DNA from: Mizuhopecten yessoensis
Taxonomy: Eukaryota
Length of the DNA stretch: 64,000 nucleotides
Assembly: GCF_002113885.1 (NCBI RefSeq)
Contig: NW_018408548.1
Span: forward strand, 428,000-491,999
Direction: 5' to 3'
Made by a program: the position numbers and the translations under genes. Below the pieces are notes generated by a model. The model had not been told where the DNA came from. It saw only the letters and a list, made by a program, of their open reading frames with translations, and made no database searches. Shown one piece after another: positions 38,355-49,529 of the stretch. The stretch's first letter is position 1. Each line of letters starts with the position of its first letter.

Positions 38355-40586
38355 TTAAGATTCAATCTGCACTTCGGAATGTTCATCGGACGCTCCATAC
38401 ACAACGTGTCGGTTTGGAATTAGATAATCCGATTGTTGGCGGAGATATTCGGACGTGGGACGGCGCCATTTCCAGACTTTCGTGCCAACGAGTAACACAA
38501 ACGCCATGAACGCAATCGTTGCGACTATTGCGATAGCGGCTACTGCCCCATGTGACAAAACGCCGTCGTTGGTTTCTACACCGCTGTCAGCGGTATGTCT
38601 GGCTGTTTCGAAGCCATTGCGACTTTCGACAACATCGGTCCATGTCAAACCGTCCTCGCTGATCATGACACTTGAATTATCCGAAAATCCAGTAATGGGA
38701 ATCTCCATAAAAGGAGGTCGTACGATTGTCGGCAGTCCTTCACCGCTCAAAGCGTTTGCCTTGATACAGTAGGATATTTCGCATCCATTGGCAACCACAG
38801 CCATATGCTCGCTGTAACCGGTCGGGCAGCCTCTTGGCCAATGAGAAGGCCCAGCACTTTTCAGGAAAGTTTCCAGAACGAACATGTCAGTGTTACTACG
38901 TCTGTGTCTATCTTCTTCGTCTGACGTCAGCTTCAGAGGATTGCCAATTTTACAACTGAAGAATCCCGCGAAAGGCACAGAGTAACGGTAGCCAAGTTCG
39001 TAATCATCACTGACGCAAACTCGCAAGCTACTACTGACTTTCAACGCGTAGAAGTATGGAGGACAGTAACGGCCACGCGTCAAAGGATTTCCTATGGTGC
39101 TTGTGTACAGTCCACCAAACAGGAAGCCAGAGTCGGCCGAGACTTTGCCTGTAGCTACACACCAAAATCCTGTGTATGACGCTGTTTGGGAGGCCGCGTA
39201 ATCTCCACAACATGTTGACCACCCTAGAAATCCACAGCTATGGCATCGACGTACTGTATTTGGCGTACGCTTCCTTCCTTTGTCGACGAGTACTTCCTCA
39301 TAGTTGGCGGGACAAGAGTATTCACCTGTCAAAGGATTCAACTGTCGGAGATCAGCACAAGTGTCAGACCGGATATTTCCTGACATGGAGCATTTCTGGT
39401 ACACTCCACCAAACGTGTAGTTGTTCGAAAGACTGTGACAACTTCCGTCGTCGACGTTGGCTTGGAAACTAAAATTGGGGGAGTCAGCATTGGTACATCC
39501 CTTGTAAATGTTATGTTTGTAGTACAAATTAATGGCGTCTCTTACATGCATGATAAGGTCGTAGACTACAGACGACGGTAACTCCGGTAGGCCCATTGGA
39601 GTGATGACGAAGTGCAGTGGATCTCCCGCTCGATCGACGGCCACTAAATTCTCTGCGACGCTTTCGGCCCAGTCATTCAGACTAAAGTTCTGTGGTTGGA
39701 ACACTGACCCACCAATGGTATCTGTTTCAGAATGTGTTCTGTTACCAAGATACTGGTCGATCATTTCATTCGACGTCGAGTGTTTGTAGCCTGTCTTGAT
39801 ACTAAAAACACTGCCGAATGAAGCACTTGCGGAGGCCAGGACTTTACTCTTGTCCATGCTGTACGAACGAGCATATGTGGTTTTTATCTCGTCTTGTTGG
39901 ACAAGCGCTGCCCCGGCATCTACACTGGTGATAACGTGGGTGCCGAAGTCCCTGACAAGAAGCTGGCTCTCGTAACGGGCCATGTTTGTTTCGTTTTTTG
40001 CTATCAGTGCTGCAATTGTCAGCAACCTTGTTTTGAATTTCGGATTAAAAGTCGTGTCGGGTTGCAGTTTGGCAGAATATCGAACATACCTCATTTGAAC
40101 TCTGGTGGTTATGGATTTGTCCATCATTTGTCGAGAACGAACACTTTCCGTCTCATGCGAATAGGACCCTCCGATGCCAAAATGTCCAATATGGAAACCA
40201 GCCTCAGCGTTGACCGTGCTAGATGTTGTAGACGTGTAATTCTGCCAATGTGTAAACAGCTCGGCGAATGTTTCCAGTTTGCTTTGCTTTAAAGGCACAG
40301 TGTAGATTCCGTCTGGTAACAAATAGTGTCCATCGTCTGTAGTTTGACAAAGACTGTAGTTATAATAGATCACTTGACCGCCATGTCTGTTTCGTAAGTT
40401 GTCCCATCCGCCTCCTGGCAGTACTTCATAACGTATAACGTTTTTGTTCAAGCTTCTCTGCAGACACCTTTGTGGATCGCCAACGCTATACATAGCCGAA
40501 GATGCGTTGTCGACATCAGACGAGGAGCTTATGACGACGATTATACGCAGAGTTACATACACAAGTATGGGGTAGATGTACCCCAT
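38355..40586 (-). CDS. MPEG1: Macrophage-expressed gene 1 / perforin-2 (MACPF-EGF-P2-TM), copy 1, 743 aa, intronless
   Basis: Signal peptide; EVLPGGGWDNLRN; MACPF signature FGTHVITSVDAGA; GCT..SPNF.FQANVDDGSC; P2 FGGVYQ.C..NPLTG.YSCP; YSVPFAGFFSC..GNPL; TM GAVAAIAIVATIAFMAFVLLVG; short tail. Confidence 0.96.
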   Translation of the reverse strand: MGYIYPILVYVTLRIIVVISSSSDVDNASSAMYSVGDPQRCLQRSLNKNVIRYEVLPGGGWDNLRNRHGGQVIYYNYSLCQTTDDGHYLLPDGIYTVPLKQSKLETFAELFTHWQNYTSTTSSTVNAEAGFHIGHFGIGGSYSHETESVRSRQMMDKSITTRVQMRYVRYSAKLQPDTTFNPKFKTRLLTIAALIAKNETNMARYESQLLVRDFGTHVITSVDAGAALVQQDEIKTTYARSYSMDKSKVLASASASFGSVFSIKTGYKHSTSNEMIDQYLGNRTHSETDTIGGSVFQPQNFSLNDWAESVAENLVAVDRAGDPLHFVITPMGLPELPSSVVYDLIMHVRDAINLYYKHNIYKGCTNADSPNFSFQANVDDGSCHSLSNNYTFGGVYQKCSMSGNIRSDTCADLRQLNPLTGEYSCPANYEEVLVDKGRKRTPNTVRRCHSCGFLGWSTCCGDYAASQTASYTGFWCVATGKVSADSGFLFGGLYTSTIGNPLTRGRYCPPYFYALKVSSSLRVCVSDDYELGYRYSVPFAGFFSCKIGNPLKLTSDEEDRHRRSNTDMFVLETFLKSAGPSHWPRGCPTGYSEHMAVVANGCEISYCIKANALSGEGLPTIVRPPFMEIPITGFSDNSSVMISEDGLTWTDVVESRNGFETARHTADSGVETNDGVLSHGAVAAIAIVATIAFMAFVLLVGTKVWKWRRPTSEYLRQQSDYLIPNRHVVYGASDEHSEVQIES

Positions 40587-40640
40587 GTTTGCTGGTTGAT
40601 AGCGGCGTTCCCACTGCCGCTTACGGGAAACTTTTCTTCC

Positions 40641-40792
40641 CTTTTATATCGTCTTTCCGTTTGCTTCCTGTTCTACAAGGAACAGATGGGTCATGTGATA
40701 TGTAGCACAAGTACACGCTCGCAGTGATATATTGTGTACTAGATGTGGTAATTTGACATTTCCCGCTTTGTTATGAGAGTGTAACCGGAAGT
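40641..40792 (-). promoter_or_regulatory. Mpeg1 copy 1 proximal promoter: TATA plus ETS sites
   Basis: TATAAAA (40648-40642), CAGGAAG (40670-40664), ACCGGAAGT (40784-40792). Confidence 0.5.
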
Positions 40793-42688
40793 ATATATTT
40801 TCAAGGTCCGCTCACGATGATATGAATCATAAAAACATGTGACACGTGTTATTATATATAACATGATGTCAACCTATTTAATAACACGACAAAACCCCGA
40901 AATTTTATATGTAAATATCCAGAAGGCTTTAAGATATAAAAGTCATTTGATAACCTCCACAAAAGAAAGAAAACACATAAAAAATATATTTGAGTTAAAG
41001 TGTCCGTAAGGTATTGCGATTTTCTGAACACAAACAATCAAATAAAGTTATTGCTCACACTAGTCTATACTGTTTGATAACATAGCTCTGTGACAGACAT
41101 TGTATCTTAAGCCTCTTTCGAATTAAATAAGGCGATATTGAAGACAGATGACTTCGTGTTATATTTCTACATTGTATAGAGGTTCTAAATAGTGTTATTT
41201 TCTCTGTATTCCTGGTAAATATTGGTTCGTGTGAAGACCACACTAACATTGTAGGCAGTAGAGCTAAATACAACACTTTCTATTTTGTCAAAATGCACCG
41301 TCGAGGAAGTAAGAATCCAGACTGGACTTTGTATTGTGATAATAGTTTACTGAAATGTTGTCAAGGTCGTCTGTGTTTCGTTTTCCTTTTTAATCAATGA
41401 ACTTAAATATCTTTGTTATTTTCTTTTATTTCACTGCTATTTGCATAATTTCGAGTTAATGTTGCCTTGGGTTGACAGAATATTCAGTCTTATTTTAAAT
41501 TTATTTGAAACAGCACCCGTTTTCCGTAATGCTACAAATGTGCTTCGTGTATGTCAAACTTCTTTGGCTGGTGTATCTTAATATCACATTACATGTATAA
41601 GGTGAGGGACTTGTAGCCATGGACATTGATCATTCATACAGCTAATTGCAATTGATAGTTATGGTCTTTGTTAAATGAGATATGATAATGACTAACAGAA
41701 ACAATTATAAACATCTTTGAGATACGCGTTACTGCTGTAAGTAAGTGTCAATACTACTCGTTTAAGGTCAAACAGGTCACTGGCCAATGAGTGATACAGC
41801 GCTGGTCATCTCCGTAATTCGATGTCCATTATGATATTGTTAGATGATCATTATACCTCCTTATTGATGTAAATTCCATATGTCAGACTCAGTTTTTCAT
41901 GTTTCATTGGGTTTATAAATCGTTGGGAGAAATGTTTAAAAAATAAAATGTGCATGTCCTTGGAATCAAAATGATTGTACATGTATTCATATAATAAAGT
42001 TATAAAATGGTCTTTTCGTTTCTAATATTTATTCAAAAATGGAAATTTACCATTAAACTTTTTCGGTATCCATGAAGTTATGGAGCTTGATAAATAAGTC
42101 TTGATAAATTAGTCTTTGAGATGTCAGCCGTAATTAAGCGCTATCAGAGTGCCTTGTGGTTTCTTTGATTCCCTCGGTTCTCACTTTGAGGACGTGACTT
42201 TAATTATATTTGAACATAGGCTTACAAAGCAGGTGTCGTCGATGAAGCAAAAACACTTGCCCATCCTGAACAACTGGTCTTATAATCCTTGTAATGTTTT
42301 CAGGGAGTCTTCGTGTGAATATTACCTTTTTTATATTTTGCCATAGTTTCATTGACTTTGATTTCAAATATTGCTTCGTCATTTGTTTTTTAAATATGAT
42401 ATTAGATTTTTTTTGATTTTTTATAGGAACTCCGATTCTCTAATTCGAAAAGGATACAACTTTCCAACTGTATAACTCAAAAATTAAAATAACATAGCGA
42501 TGCATGTGTGCCTTTAGGTTGATTTATACATTTTGTTAGGTTTACTGAATACTACCATTATACAACTATTGACGTCACGTCAGATTATAATGATTTTTCT
42601 TTTCTGGCTTTACCTTTTTTAAACAGGTAGTGCGACCATCAGACTGTTTGACAGCCCCCACCCATACAGAATTATATTTCCAAAACTT

Positions 42689-43441
42689 TGTAACCTCCTC
42701 ACTAAAAATAACTATAACACTTAAGTAAAGTTAATACACACCTTTCCGGTTATAGTTTATTACAATAGAAGAAAAATACAATATATACACACTGCTGGGA
42801 ATACAATTCTCTTATACCGTTACACAATAAAGAAAACACACTGCTGGATCCCAGATTCTCTCATACAAATATACAAGCAATGAAAAGTACCAAAATTGCA
42901 ATTAATGGTGATACGCTAATACAACAACACTCTGGTGTGTGAAGATATAGCAACATCAATCAAGTTATTAAAATAATTATTAAGCTGCCTACTTAGTCCT
43001 ATGCAAATCGATAGCACAAAATGTACATAACAAAAAGCTCTCAATTAAAACAACCCTAAAAACATGTGGATATACATTAAAACCCCTCGCTCCTTTCAGT
43101 AATCTATCACTAGAGTTGTTCAATATTCCAATTGTATCCACATGATATCAGAGTAATCAAAAGATTTAAATGTAAATCACCCTTACCATTAAATTCAATA
43201 AAACGGTCAACAACTAACCATGCAAAGCTCAGTAGATCTCTACGCGCTATGGTAGAACGCTTCAACGAACGGAACAACCTAGGAGATGAATGGGAAAACG
43301 CCCAGATTTGATTGGCTGCACCCGTTGTTTTTCAAACATAACGCCCGTTAAACTGAAATAAAGTATAACGACCTCAATTTATGCATATATTACAAATACA
43401 TGTTAGATTAAACATGATAAAATTACCTTCCAATCATGACA
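42689..43441 (-). mobile_element. Possible solo LTR; duplicated at 49575-50396
   Basis: TGT...ACA termini; on the minus strand CCAAT, then AATAAA and a GT-rich stretch ending GGTTACA; no convincing TSD. Confidence 0.4.
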
Positions 43442-45144
43442 CAAACATTTCAACTGCCCCAACTTTCCGAGTTACCACGGAATAAGTGCTTAAGTAAGCA
43501 TGTCTCACATAGATCAACTCCAAAACGGCTTCTCCCAGATGCAATCGCAGTATTCATACTCAAAATAATAAATTACCGCTCTTCCCAGGGTACAATCAAG
43601 CTAGACTAACGATTAAAAAAAGCATTAAGGTATTCTTAGGTCATTGCCAGCCACGAGGAAATTTAGAATGCTTAATAATTATAATGTTCAAGAAAAGTAT
43701 ATCAGTTGAAATCAGATTTACATTGCTTTGACATGTTATTTTCATTAAGATAATTTTGTATGAGATTCCGCATGATAACTACACGAGAAAGCAGAGGCGG
43801 CACAGTAATACACCAAATGCTTACAATGCAATGTAAATGAAGCATGAAGTCATTCGTCTACCCGACATGGGTAATACCTTAAAATGGAATATTTCATCTT
43901 TATAGATCTTGTTATTTCATATACAAATTAAAAATTAATAAGAAGTAAATTAAGAATAGTTTCAAGCTTTATTTAATAATGCAACGATCTTTGCTGTAAG
44001 AAAATCCCCACCAAATTTGTAATATAATGATTGACAATGATTCTTTTGGCTCTCTGTGAACATCATCATCTGTAGAAATTTCATTGTAATTATCATTTGT
44101 ACAAGAATGTATATATTTATTTACAGTTAAAAATCTAAGACTGCCACTTTTTGTGAAGTGTCATATGTTGTCGTAATTCACAACCAGTTTGACCGATGTA
44201 AATAAAATTCAGAACAATAAGCACAAATCATTGCATAAAACAATATTTTCAAATTTCTAAACAAATGGAAATTATCAGGAGAAAAAAGGAAATTATGAAA
44301 AATTTAAAATATTATCGCGTTAAGTTTATTTGCCTCAAACAAAATAAATACGTCTCAAAACATAATAAACGAAAATGAGGTGTTTGTAGTAACATTTCCG
44401 AAGGAGAGGGATTTTCATTTTAAAAAGGCTAAAATTGAAAGTGAAAGCTAAAAAGATTTGTAGATTTAATAATTTTGTTGATGCAGTGTTCTGTGCTAAT
44501 CATTTTCATTATATTTAAGACAAACTGGCTTTGCAACGTATGAAACTTCACAGATAAGTGTTCATCTTAGATTTTTGACTAAAAATAAACATAAACATTA
44601 GTGTGCAAATGTTAATTACCATGTTATATTTATATATCAAGCTACAGAAGATACTGTACAAGGAGAGTCAAGACAACCAATGTCAATCAATATATTAAGA
44701 AAACGGTTTAAAATGATATAACACACATCGTTGCATTAAGGAATACAGTGAATGCGTGTGACAAGTTTGTTGCTAAACTCATACCGGTAACTAAATCTAA
44801 TTAAGACACAATCTTCGTTGGTCCAGAAATTCCAACCTTTAAGCGCATTGTTTATGTTGGTGTCAGGTTTTGATAGAATGAAATATGACGTCATAATTGT
44901 GTGTACTGTAATGGGTGTGTACTGTAATGGGTCTGTACTGTAATGGGTGGTTTTCATGTCAACTCCATTTGTTAAAAGGAAACCCCCTCGTGAACATTTA
45001 CGAGTAAACATCGCTGGAGAGCTGGTAAGAATCACACCCTTATCTTTAAATATATATCTGTCCCTCTCTCACAGATATTAAACAATGCTAAAATGACATA
45101 TTCAGAATAAGATGCTATATACACAATATTGTTAGTATTGAAAT

Positions 45145-47385
45145 TTAAGTTTCCACCTGTACTTCAGTGTGTTCATTGGAAGACCCGTACACTACCTGCT
45201 GATTCGGGATAAGAGGATCCGACTGTTGGCGGCGATATTCGGAAGTGGGACGGCGCCAATTCCGGGCTTTTGTACCAACGATTAACACAAACGCGATGAC
45301 CGCGATTGTTGCTACCATCGCGATGACGGCAACTGCTCCACGTGACAATTCGCCGTCGTCTGCAGTTGTGTCGCTGTTCTGACTGGCTGATTCAAAGTTA
45401 GTGTTGATTTCCACGGATCCTTCAATATCCTCCCATTCCATACCGTCCTCGCTTATCTTGAAGCTGGAATTGTCCGAAAATCCGTGAATAGGAATTTCCA
45501 TAAACGGAGGTCGTATGATAGTCGGCAGGCCCTTTCCGCTCAAAGCGTTGGCCTTGATACAGTAGGATATTTCGCATCCATTGGCAACCACAGCCATATG
45601 CTCGCTGTAACCGGTCGGGCAGCCTCTTGGCCAATGAGAAGGCCCAGCACTTTTCAGGAAAGTTTCCAGAACGAACATGTCAGTGTTACTACGTTTGTGC
45701 CTATCTTCTTCGTCTGACGTCAGCTTCAGAGGATTGCCAGTTCTACAGCTGAAGAATCCCGCGAAAGGCACAGAGTAACGGTAGCCAAGTTCGTAATCAT
45801 CACTGACGCAAACTCGCAAGCTACTACTGACTTTCAACGCGTAGAAGTATGGAGGACAGGTTCGGCCACCCGTCAAAGGATTCCCTATGGTGCTTGTGAA
45901 CAGTCCACCAAACAGGTAGCCAGAGTCGGCCGGGACTTTGCCTGTAGTTACACACCAAAATCCTGTGTATGACGCTGTTTGGGAGGCCGCGTAATCTCCA
46001 CAACATGTTGAAAACCCTAGAAATCCACAGCTATGGCATCGACGTACTGTATTTGGCGTACGTTTAATCCCTTTGTCAATCATAACCGCCTCATAGTTCG
46101 GGGGACAAGAGTCATCACCTGTCAAAGGATTCATCTGTCGGAGATCGGCACAAGTGTTAGACCGGATATTTCCAGACAAAGAACACGTCTGGTACACTCC
46201 ACCAAACGTGTAGTTGTTTGATAGGCTCTGACAAGTTCCGTCGTCGACGTTGGCTTGGAAACTAAAATTGGGGGAGTCAGCATTGGTACATCCCTTGTAA
46301 ATGTTATGTTTGTAGTACAAATTAATGGCATCTTTTACATGCATGATAAGTTCGTAGACTACAGACGACGGTAATTCCGGTAGGGCCATTGGAGTGATGA
46401 CGAAGTGCAGTGGATCTCCAGCTCGGTCGACGGCCACTAAATTCTCTGCGACGCTTTCGGCCCAGTCATTAAGACTAAAGTTCTGAGGTTGGAACACTGA
46501 CCCACCAATTGTGTCTGTTTCAGAATGTGTTCTGTTTCCAAGATATTGGTCGATCATTTCATTCGACGTCGAGTGATCGTAGCCAGTCTTGATACCAAAA
46601 ACACTGCCGAATGAAGCACTTGCGGAGGCCATGACTTTACTCTTGTCCATGCTGTACGAACGAGCATATGTGGTCTTTATCTGGTCTTGTTGGACAAGCG
46701 CAGCCCCAGCATCTACACTGGTGATGACGTGGGTGCCAAAGTCCCTGACAAGAAGCTGACTTTCGTAACGGGCCATGTTTGTTTGGTTTTTTGCTATCTG
46801 TGTTGCAATTGTCAACAACCTCGCTTTGAATTTCGGATTAAAGGCCGTGTCTGGTTGAAGTTTAGCAGAATATCGAACATACCTCATTTGAACCCTGGTG
46901 GTCACGGATTCATCCATCATCTGTCGAGAACGAACACTTCCCGTCTCATGCGAGAAGGACCCTCCGATGCCAAAATGTTCAATATGGAAGCCAGCCTCAG
47001 CGTTGACCGTGCTAGATGTTGTGGACGTGTAGTTCTGCCAATGTGTAAATAACTCGGCGAACGTTTCCAGTTTGCTTTTCTTTAATGGAACAGTGTTTAT
47101 TCCGTCTGGTAACAAATATTGTCCATCGTCTGTAGTTTGACAAAGACTGTAGTTATAATAAATCACTTGACCGCCATGTTTGTTTCGTAAGTTGTCCCAT
47201 CCGCCTCCTGGCAGTACTTCATAACGTATAACGTTTTTGTTCAAGCTTCTCTGCATACATCTTTGAGGGTCGCCTGCTCTATACACAAACTGAGTCTTGG
47301 AACCGTTGTCTACATCAGACGAGGAGCTAAGGACGCGAACTATCATCAGTGTCACAAACACAAGTATGGCGGAGCGGGCCTCCAT
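45145..47385 (-). CDS. MPEG1: Macrophage-expressed gene 1 / perforin-2, copy 2, 746 aa, intronless
   Basis: Same domain order and motifs as copy 1; complete ORF with signal peptide and TM. Confidence 0.96.
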   Translation of the reverse strand: MEARSAILVFVTLMIVRVLSSSSDVDNGSKTQFVYRAGDPQRCMQRSLNKNVIRYEVLPGGGWDNLRNKHGGQVIYYNYSLCQTTDDGQYLLPDGINTVPLKKSKLETFAELFTHWQNYTSTTSSTVNAEAGFHIEHFGIGGSFSHETGSVRSRQMMDESVTTRVQMRYVRYSAKLQPDTAFNPKFKARLLTIATQIAKNQTNMARYESQLLVRDFGTHVITSVDAGAALVQQDQIKTTYARSYSMDKSKVMASASASFGSVFGIKTGYDHSTSNEMIDQYLGNRTHSETDTIGGSVFQPQNFSLNDWAESVAENLVAVDRAGDPLHFVITPMALPELPSSVVYELIMHVKDAINLYYKHNIYKGCTNADSPNFSFQANVDDGTCQSLSNNYTFGGVYQTCSLSGNIRSNTCADLRQMNPLTGDDSCPPNYEAVMIDKGIKRTPNTVRRCHSCGFLGFSTCCGDYAASQTASYTGFWCVTTGKVPADSGYLFGGLFTSTIGNPLTGGRTCPPYFYALKVSSSLRVCVSDDYELGYRYSVPFAGFFSCRTGNPLKLTSDEEDRHKRSNTDMFVLETFLKSAGPSHWPRGCPTGYSEHMAVVANGCEISYCIKANALSGKGLPTIIRPPFMEIPIHGFSDNSSFKISEDGMEWEDIEGSVEINTNFESASQNSDTTADDGELSRGAVAVIAMVATIAVIAFVLIVGTKARNWRRPTSEYRRQQSDPLIPNQQVVYGSSNEHTEVQVET

Positions 47386-47420
47386 GCTTGTTTGTCAAAA
47401 GTCCCTGTCAAACTGCCTTT

Positions 47421-48414
47421 CTTATATCGTATAATCCTTTATACTTCCTGTGTTACAACATACGGGTTTTCCACATACTTAGTGACCTGCATACATGCTC
47501 GCAGTATAGTATACAACCTGCCAGTTGTTGAAATACCTACTTTCAGTTTGTGATCACAAAGGAATGAGTCATTCAAGCTAGTGACATTGTGATATTATAT
47601 TTAACGTTAAAGGATTTACCCATAGAATAATTAATCAATTCGATTTGTAACGGCAAATGACACCTATGGGTGATTAGTACAAGCAACGTAGTCAATGCAG
47701 TTCCGATAAAGAGTTGGTTAGGTCATTGCTGAAATGTGCAATCAAGCATATAAACGGTTTTTTTTATTTACATATGTGTATGTAATAACATGATTTTGCA
47801 TTAAATACCCTGTAAATCTAAGATAGACTAACGCAAAATCATCTGGGGTTATCGGTAAATCTTGTATTCGAAAGCGAAAGTTTGTGAGTTCCGCGAACAG
47901 TGAACGAGTGAGGGACTGCACACGTACACTAGCTTGTACAGAAAGCGAATGTACGAGCTAACGAGTGAGTTGTCAAACCAAGGACTGCTGTCAGTACTTT
48001 CGACAGCGGCTACATGACAGTTTACTTTCTGACAAAAAACATTTACATGTTTGAATAGAACTCAAGTAACATTTTCGCGACGTAGAACCGTACTTTTTAT
48101 GACCAGTACGTGTCATCAAATAGTAAAACATATATGACAGAAAACTTCAATTAAAATCATGATTAGGTGAAGGCAATATATATAAACTTTGTGGGAAAAG
48201 AAACAAACATATCATTAAACGATAATAGCATATATAATGTAAGGGACTGCCAACGTTTACAGGACATCTATAACAGGGATCTGACAGTGACACACAGTGA
48301 CACACGTACCGAAAGTGTACGCGGGCCTATCATACACTTTATTACTGTTGTGGAAATACCTAACGTGTTTACTTCCGCTTACATGGTCATCCTCCCATGA
48401 CCGTGGGATTCCCC
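47421..48414 (-). promoter_or_regulatory. Mpeg1 copy 2 upstream region with TATA, ETS, Rel/NF-kB and AP-1 motifs
   Basis: TATAA 47426-47422; CAGGAAGT 47450-47443; CGGGTTTTCC 47463-47472; TGAGTCA 47565-47571; GGGATTCCCC 48405-48414 (fits GGGRNWYYCC). Confidence 0.55.
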
Positions 48415-49009
48415 GGTTGTCCTTGTTAACAGTAGGTGTGTGTATGCGAATCAATGGAGCACGTATAACTGTACCCAACATTTTACTTGGTGATGTGTTC
48501 ATGAAGATTGTTATCGTCTGCAAGGAGTTCAAGCTGAAAATGTTTTTTTTACTCCCATCATTCCCTGTAATGCTAAATATTGACTATGCCTTTCCCTCAT
48601 TATCTACGTCTTATATAAATTACAAATAACGTTCACACGATACTTGAATTAGAGAACGATGCCTAACTCGAATTCTCTTAAACAAAGGACCCAATTACGT
48701 ATGCTATATATGTACCGATGCTAGCTAGCCGGATCGAGTCATTTCGGTACATATATAACAACTATTGTACATACGCCTACAGCCTAGCCGAAATCGACAT
48801 CGATTTTGTGGACAACTCGTACACATTTTACACCTTTATGTGCATACGCTTCACTGGTCATTTGTCTGATGAAGGTGACAGTGTACATATCGTACTAGTC
48901 ATCGAAACGTCACATAGAAAATGTTATTGGTTGTGTAAAAAAGAACTTTTCACAACATATCACATGGAGTTGTCATATTTTGTGTACAAAAACATCTTGG
49001 GTTGTTAGA

Positions 49010-49490
49010 GTGCAGAGTGCAAGAAAAAGGTCACAGTGGCCAATGGCTTAACCTTTGACCTTAACTTTGAAAACGTTTTTCCAGGGCTGATCTTCTTTAC
49101 TATTTTACCTGGAGTAATCAGATTTGGTGTACAAGGACATCTTGAAATGGCGGAATGCAGAGTGCAAGAATTATGTCACAGTGAACTATGACCATGATCT
49201 TTGACCTTTACATTTGAAAACGTTTGTCCGGGGCATATCTTTTGTACTATTTCACCTGGAGTAACAAGATTTGGTGTACAAGGAAATCTTGGGATGACGG
49301 AGGGCACAGTGACCTATGACTTGACCTTTGACCTTCACTTTTGTAAACGTTTGTCCGGGGCATTTCTTTCATACTTTTTCACCTGGAGTAACCAGATGTG
49401 GTATACAAGGTCATCTTGGGATGTCGGAGTGCAAGAAGTAGGTCACTATATCCTCACTGTGACCTGACTTTGGTGTACATACCTTGGTTT
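49010..49490 (+). mobile_element. HINE/satellite-like core repeats (~3.5 x 125-146 bp) between the two duplication units
   Basis: Repeated TGACCTTTGACCTT..AAACGTTTGTCCGGGGCA..CACCTGGAGTAAC..TGGTGTACAAGG. Confidence 0.75.
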
Positions 49491-49529
49491 AAATGGCTGA
49501 ATACTGCCATTATATAATTATTTACGTCA

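Larger units (their letters stand above)
42645..48690. repeat. Segmental tandem duplication unit A (contains Mpeg1 copy 2)
   Basis: Co-linear with 49530-55265 at ~6.9-kb offset: 42647 vs 49532, 43230 vs 50190, 44090-44500 vs 51105-51510, 47530-48680 vs 54395-55260. Confidence 0.9.

Noticed and set aside
38455-47553. Plus-strand ORFs overlapping Mpeg1 copies
   Set aside because: Antisense shadows repeated only because the genes are paralogous.
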